A DNA stretch of 19,891 bases from Candidatus Bathyarchaeia archaeon (GTDB lineage: Archaea > Thermoproteota > Bathyarchaeia > Bathyarchaeales > Bathycorpusculaceae), in the NCBI GenBank assembly GCA_038883715.1, contig JAVZLS010000018.1, positions 1 to 19,891 of the forward strand, read 5' to 3'. Both the position numbers and the translations under genes were made by a program. The notes below the pieces were generated by a model. That model saw nothing but the letters and a program-made list of their open reading frames with translations. It was not told the DNA's origin and made no database searches. This document shows positions 13,679 to 19,891 of the stretch, one piece after another; the first letter of the stretch is position 1, and every line of letters starts with the position of its first letter.

Positions 13679-16471
13679 CTAACCTGTTGCCGCTTCTTCA
13701 GCCTCTTTACCAGTTCCCTTTTCTACGCCAAGCACCGTTTCTGGAGTTTTCGTCTTTTCTACGGGTTTGATTGGCGGTCCCTCTTCTTTTAGGTTTAGGG
13801 TCCCCCTTATCGTGCCGTCCTCCATATACTTCAGCTGGAAGCCCAAATTTCGCATAAGCTCAATAGCCTTTCGGTTTTCTGGAAGCATTATTCCATAAAT
13901 GCTTTCTAGGCCTCTTTCTCTGCATATTTCTATAACGTAGTCCACGAGCTTTGTTCCTAGGCCTAAGCCTTGCCACGGATCCGCCACCAGAAAGGCTATT
14001 TCGCCTGTTTTTCCGTCTAATTCTATGCTGACTCTGGCTGTTCCAATGATTTTTCTTTTGCCGTTTTCTGTTAGTTCGGCGACTATGGCTATTTCTCGGT
14101 CGTAGTCTATGTTGCAGTAGCGGACCCTAACTTCGTGGGGCATATGCTTAAGGGTCTGGAAAAGCTTGTAGCGGATGGACTCTTCTGAGCAGTTTTTGAA
14201 CATTTCAAGCCACAGTGGCTCGTCTTCGGGTTTTATGGGTCTCAAAAGCACTGTTCTGCCGTCTCGGAGTTTCCACAAAGTTTCATACTTTTTGGGGTAG
14301 GGGCTTATAACCAAGTGTTGGTGGGGTTCCACTTTCCGGAATATGAGTTCTTTGTCTATTATTATGCGAGCGTCTATGGCTATGGCGTCCTTTTCATCCA
14401 CAAGCAGTGGGTTAATGTCAATCTCCTTTATTTGTGGAAAGTCTATTAGCAGATGCGAGAAGAGGACCATAACCTCTTCTAGGCGTTTAATGTTGGCTGG
14501 CGGCATATTCCGGTAACCTTTCAAAAGCTGGTAAACCTTTGTTTCTTCCATCATGCGTCTAGCCAACGTCTGGTTTAGCGGTGGCAAGCCTATGGAGAAG
14601 TCCTTGAAAAGCTCCACGCCTATGCCGCCCATTCCAAACATTATGATTGGACCGAAGACTATGTCCTTCTTTGACCCTAAAATGACCTCATAGCCACGTC
14701 TCTTAATCATCGGCTGAACTGTGACGCCGATTATTTGGGCTTTCGGGTTGTATTTTTTGGCGTTCTTCATTATGGTTCTGAAGGCTTCTCTAACTTCGTC
14801 TTCGCTTTTAATGTCGAGGATTACTCCGCCAGCATCCGTCTTATGAATTATCTGAGGAGAAAGAACCTTCAAGACCACCGGGTAGCCGATTCGCGAGGCA
14901 ATGGCAACGGCCTCATCCTCGTCCTTAGCAATATAGGTTTTCACCACTGGAAAGTTGTAAAACTCCAAAACTTTTTTGGCTTCAAACTCTGTTAGTACTT
15001 CACGGTTTTCAAGCGCTGCGCCCTTCAAAATAGCCAATATAGGAAGCTTAGGCGGAGAAAGGTCGACAGGCAATTCTTCTGGAGTTTCATAGAGCAGTTC
15101 GAGGTTTCGCTTGTACTGGTACATGTAAAGGTAGGTTTTCACCGCTTGCTCTGGAGTGGAGAAGGTTGGAATCTCGTTGGCGTTGAATATGAAGTTCGCC
15201 TCTTCCACAGCCTTCCTACCCATAAAAGACGTTAGGATCGTTTTGCCCCGCTGCCCCTTACTTTTCAAAAGCTCCACTATGCTCTTTGCAATTTCAACGG
15301 GTTCCGCCACTGCTTGAGCCGTGTAAATGATGAGGATTCCGTCAACGTTTTCGTCGTTTAGGCATGCTTCTAAAACGGCTTTGTAGCGGTCGGCTTTGGC
15401 GTCGCCTAAAATGTCTATTGGGTTTCCATGGCTCCAGTATGGCGGAAGAATACTGTTAAGATATTCCATTGTCTGGGGGCTTAGCTTTGCGAGTTTTCCT
15501 CCCATCCCTATGAGGGCGTCGGTAGCCATAACGCCTGGACCGCCAGCATTCGTTATTATTGCAAGGTTTGGGCCTCGGGGTAGTGGTTGCATGCCCAAAA
15601 CTTCGGCGCAGTTGAATAGATCTGCTATTTCTTCTACGCGTACTATTCCGGCACGTTTGAACGCTGCATCATAAACGTCATCCTCGCCTGTAAGCGAACC
15701 CGTGTGCGAGGCGGCTGCCTTTGCGCTTTCGCTGTATTTTCCAGCTTTTACAACGATTATTGGTTTTGTTCTGGCGAAGTGTCTTGCGGCACTCATGAAC
15801 TTGCGGGCGTTTGTTATGCCCTCAATATACATGAGGATGCTTCGCGTTTTGGGGTCTGTTCCAAAATGGTCTATTAAATCGCCGAAGTCCACGTCTATCA
15901 TGGAGCCTACGGAGACGAAGTGGCTGAAGCCAACATTCTCATGAACAGCCCAATCCAATATGGCTGTGCCGAGGGCTCCGCTCTGGCTTATGAAGGCAAT
16001 GTTGCCAGGTCTTGGCATCTTATTAATGAATGTGGCGTTTAGGCGTATACTTGGGCGGATAATTCCCAAACAGTTGGGTCCAATAATGCGTAAATCGTAT
16101 TTTCGCTTTATCTCAAGAATCTTATCCTCGAGGGCTTTGCCTTCTGGACCGGTCTCCTTAAAACCAGCACTTATAATTATTAGCCCTTTTATTCCGGCTC
16201 TGCCGCACTGCTCAACCACGTCCGGAACAGTTTTGGCTGGAGTGGCTATAACCGCCAAATCAACAGTTTTTGGAAGCTGCTCTACGGTTTGGTAGGCTTT
16301 AACGCCTAAAATCTCTTTTTTGCGGATGTTTACTGGGTAAACTTCCCCCTCAAAACCAGACTCAAGAAAGTTTTTCATTAGGGCGTAGCCTACAGAACCT
16401 TCCTCGTCGCTGGCGCCAACAACAGCCACGCTTTTAGGGTTAAAAATCTTGTCAAGATGTAAGGTAACCAA
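13679..16471 (-). CDS. ADP-forming acyl-CoA synthetase (alpha+beta domains) fused to a C-terminal GNAT acetyltransferase (Pat-like architecture)
   Basis: PKSVAVVGAS CoA-binding domain, IIGPNCLG, SQSGALG, AAASHTGSL, TNAGGPG, NPIDILGDA; ATP-grasp GYPVVLK...IIHKTDAGGV, EIDINPL; GNAT LLRPIKPED...VADPWQGLGLGTKL. TTG start. Confidence 0.92.
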   Translation of the reverse strand: MVTLHLDKIFNPKSVAVVGASDEEGSVGYALMKNFLESGFEGEVYPVNIRKKEILGVKAYQTVEQLPKTVDLAVIATPAKTVPDVVEQCGRAGIKGLIIISAGFKETGPEGKALEDKILEIKRKYDLRIIGPNCLGIIRPSIRLNATFINKMPRPGNIAFISQSGALGTAILDWAVHENVGFSHFVSVGSMIDVDFGDLIDHFGTDPKTRSILMYIEGITNARKFMSAARHFARTKPIIVVKAGKYSESAKAAASHTGSLTGEDDVYDAAFKRAGIVRVEEIADLFNCAEVLGMQPLPRGPNLAIITNAGGPGVMATDALIGMGGKLAKLSPQTMEYLNSILPPYWSHGNPIDILGDAKADRYKAVLEACLNDENVDGILIIYTAQAVAEPVEIAKSIVELLKSKGQRGKTILTSFMGRKAVEEANFIFNANEIPTFSTPEQAVKTYLYMYQYKRNLELLYETPEELPVDLSPPKLPILAILKGAALENREVLTEFEAKKVLEFYNFPVVKTYIAKDEDEAVAIASRIGYPVVLKVLSPQIIHKTDAGGVILDIKSEDEVREAFRTIMKNAKKYNPKAQIIGVTVQPMIKRRGYEVILGSKKDIVFGPIIMFGMGGIGVELFKDFSIGLPPLNQTLARRMMEETKVYQLLKGYRNMPPANIKRLEEVMVLFSHLLIDFPQIKEIDINPLLVDEKDAIAIDARIIIDKELIFRKVEPHQHLVISPYPKKYETLWKLRDGRTVLLRPIKPEDEPLWLEMFKNCSEESIRYKLFQTLKHMPHEVRVRYCNIDYDREIAIVAELTENGKRKIIGTARVSIELDGKTGEIAFLVADPWQGLGLGTKLVDYVIEICRERGLESIYGIMLPENRKAIELMRNLGFQLKYMEDGTIRGTLNLKEEGPPIKPVEKTKTPETVLGVEKGTGKEAEEAATG

Positions 16472-16582
16472 GCCATAGCACCAGCACCATGAAAATTCGG
16501 CGGCGAAGATTAAAAGTTTACCTAAAACTAAACCGCATTTTCAAAGTTGATTAAACTTATAACTTTAAAATCAGCATAGTGT

Positions 16583-16804
16583 TTGATAGAGAAAGGGATG
16601 ATTGTTGTGATGGATAAGGTGAAGTTTAGCTTCGCATTCATCGGCATAGCCCTATTCACACTTGCAGGCTGGCTTATAGGAGCACTTATTGAGCATACGC
16701 CTGGTCCCGGAGGCTTTCAAGCAATAACCGCCTTAATTGGCGCCACTATAGCGGTCGGCGTGCTGGCATTAGGAGAAGCACTAAAAGCTGAAAGGATAAA
16801 CTGA
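16583..16804 (+). CDS. Small hypothetical membrane protein (two TM helices)
   Basis: Hydrophobic segments FSFAFIGIALFTLAGWLIGALI and AITALIGATIAVGVLALG. Start may be ATG 16598 or 16610. Confidence 0.6.
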   Translation: MIEKGMIVVMDKVKFSFAFIGIALFTLAGWLIGALIEHTPGPGGFQAITALIGATIAVGVLALGEALKAERIN

Positions 16805-16892
16805 AACCTTCTTTTTCTCTACTTTTTATGCTAGTTGGGAATAAAAAATTTATACGAAAAATTAACGGAATTAATTGAAATAGTGAAAAAGT

Positions 16893-17246
16893 ATGCCAAT
16901 AGATACTTTTGAGTTATTAGGACTTAAGTCGAGTAAACCTAAAAGGGATTCAAGAAGGGCGTTTACAGCAACCCAAAAGAAGGAAATCCTATATCAGCAA
17001 GACAATAAATGTGCTAGATGCCATAAACCATTAGACCCTAGGGCAACCCATTTCCATCATATTAAGCCTTGGTCTGCTGGTGGAAGGACCATAACTGTCA
17101 ATGGAGCCGCAGTATGTGCAAATTGTCACGAAATCATAACACATAAAGAAAGACTCAAAAAAGTGGATAAGAAAAGAAGAAGAAAAAAGGAATCTGACAT
17201 TTTTGACTTATCTAAAGTAAAATCCCTCAGAGATATTATCTTTTGA
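16893..17246 (+). CDS. Stand-alone HNH endonuclease
   Basis: RRAFTATQKKEILYQQDNKCARC...HFHHIKPWSAGGRTITVNGAAVCANCH: Zn-binding CxxC pairs around an HH...N...H core. Confidence 0.85.
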   Translation: MPIDTFELLGLKSSKPKRDSRRAFTATQKKEILYQQDNKCARCHKPLDPRATHFHHIKPWSAGGRTITVNGAAVCANCHEIITHKERLKKVDKKRRRKKESDIFDLSKVKSLRDIIF

Positions 17247-17461
17247 AAGCGCTTTTGCATAACACTTTTGCTTATATGAACAAGTATTTCCATTCTGTGT
17301 TTTTTGGTTTGGGATTATATTTTGTGCAATAGTACTAAAGCTTGATATGAGACGTTAGAGAACTTTTAAGGCGAGAAAAGCTAGAAGGGAGGGGGTAGTC
17401 ACTTTGGGCTGTTTTTCTAAGCCATTTTCGCAGTTGAAAATCTATAGAGGACTAGCGGCTA

Positions 17462-17485
17462 TTGGCTTTGGAAAAAGCCAAAAAA
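17462..17485 (-). terminator. Possible terminator downstream of sudA (oligo-T tracts with 8-bp hairpin)
   Basis: TTGGCTTT-GGAA-AAAGCCAA stem-loop. The minus strand reads TTTTTTGGCTTTTTCC about 50 bp after the sudA stop. Confidence 0.35.
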
Positions 17486-17535
17486 TGTATAGAGGGGTAT
17501 CCAATTTATGGTTTGGCGGAAGCCTAAATTTGACT

Positions 17536-19771
<2,236 letters not shown>

Positions 19772-19775
19772 AGGG

Positions 19776-19891
19776 CTAAGCCTCCGTTTTTAAAGGTTTT
19801 ATTGGCGGTAAAGCCGCAACCCTCCTAACAAAGTCTTCGAGTTTTTTCTCAAATTTTCCAGCATCCCTCGGGGAAGCCTCATAAAGCTCAA
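19776..19891 (-). CDS. 3' end of an upstream gene resembling an MvhD C-terminus (partial)
   Basis: Hand translation ELYEASPRDAGKFEKKLEDFVRRVAALPPIKPLKTEA* (TAG 19776-19778, 4 bp before the sudB ATG) resembles the tails of the two MvhD domains in this window (e.g. NLVFIEGDKFAEAAKAMTEKVERLGSL). Confidence 0.6.
   Translation of the reverse strand, partial: ELYEASPRDAGKFEKKLEDFVRRVAALPPIKPLKTEA

Noticed and set aside
17247-17535. tRNA, ncRNA or CRISPR array in the longest intergenic gap
   Set aside because: No cloverleaf and no regularly spaced repeats; only a short hairpin and T-tracts.

Overview
Gene-dense archaeal window. GGAGGTG/GGTGA Shine-Dalgarno motifs, TATA-like promoters and the gene content suggest an anaerobic archaeon such as Bathyarchaeia; this is inference, not a database result. 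It is almost entirely a flavin/Fe-S redox cluster on the minus strand. From the right end: an MvhD-like C-terminus coupled to sudB-sudA (NfnAB-type transhydrogenase); a small plus-strand insert (membrane protein and HNH nuclease); an ADP-forming acyl-CoA synthetase-GNAT fusion; an mvhG-mvhA-hdrA::mvhD-hdrC-hdrB operon; then a second operon of a GltD-like NAD(P)H flavoprotein, an MvhD::winged-HTH fusion and a large tandem HdrA that runs off the left edge (missing from the ORF track). Between the two Hdr operons lie a ribbon-helix-helix::GcvH-like fusion whose lipoyl-Lys is replaced by Met, a divergent AbrB-PhoU regulator, a Cys-rich Hsp20-like protein and a Zn-finger microprotein. The best candidates for an undescribed system are the two DNA-binding/redox-domain fusions and a 15-bp motif shared by two promoters. 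No rRNA, tRNA, CRISPR array or transposase was seen.
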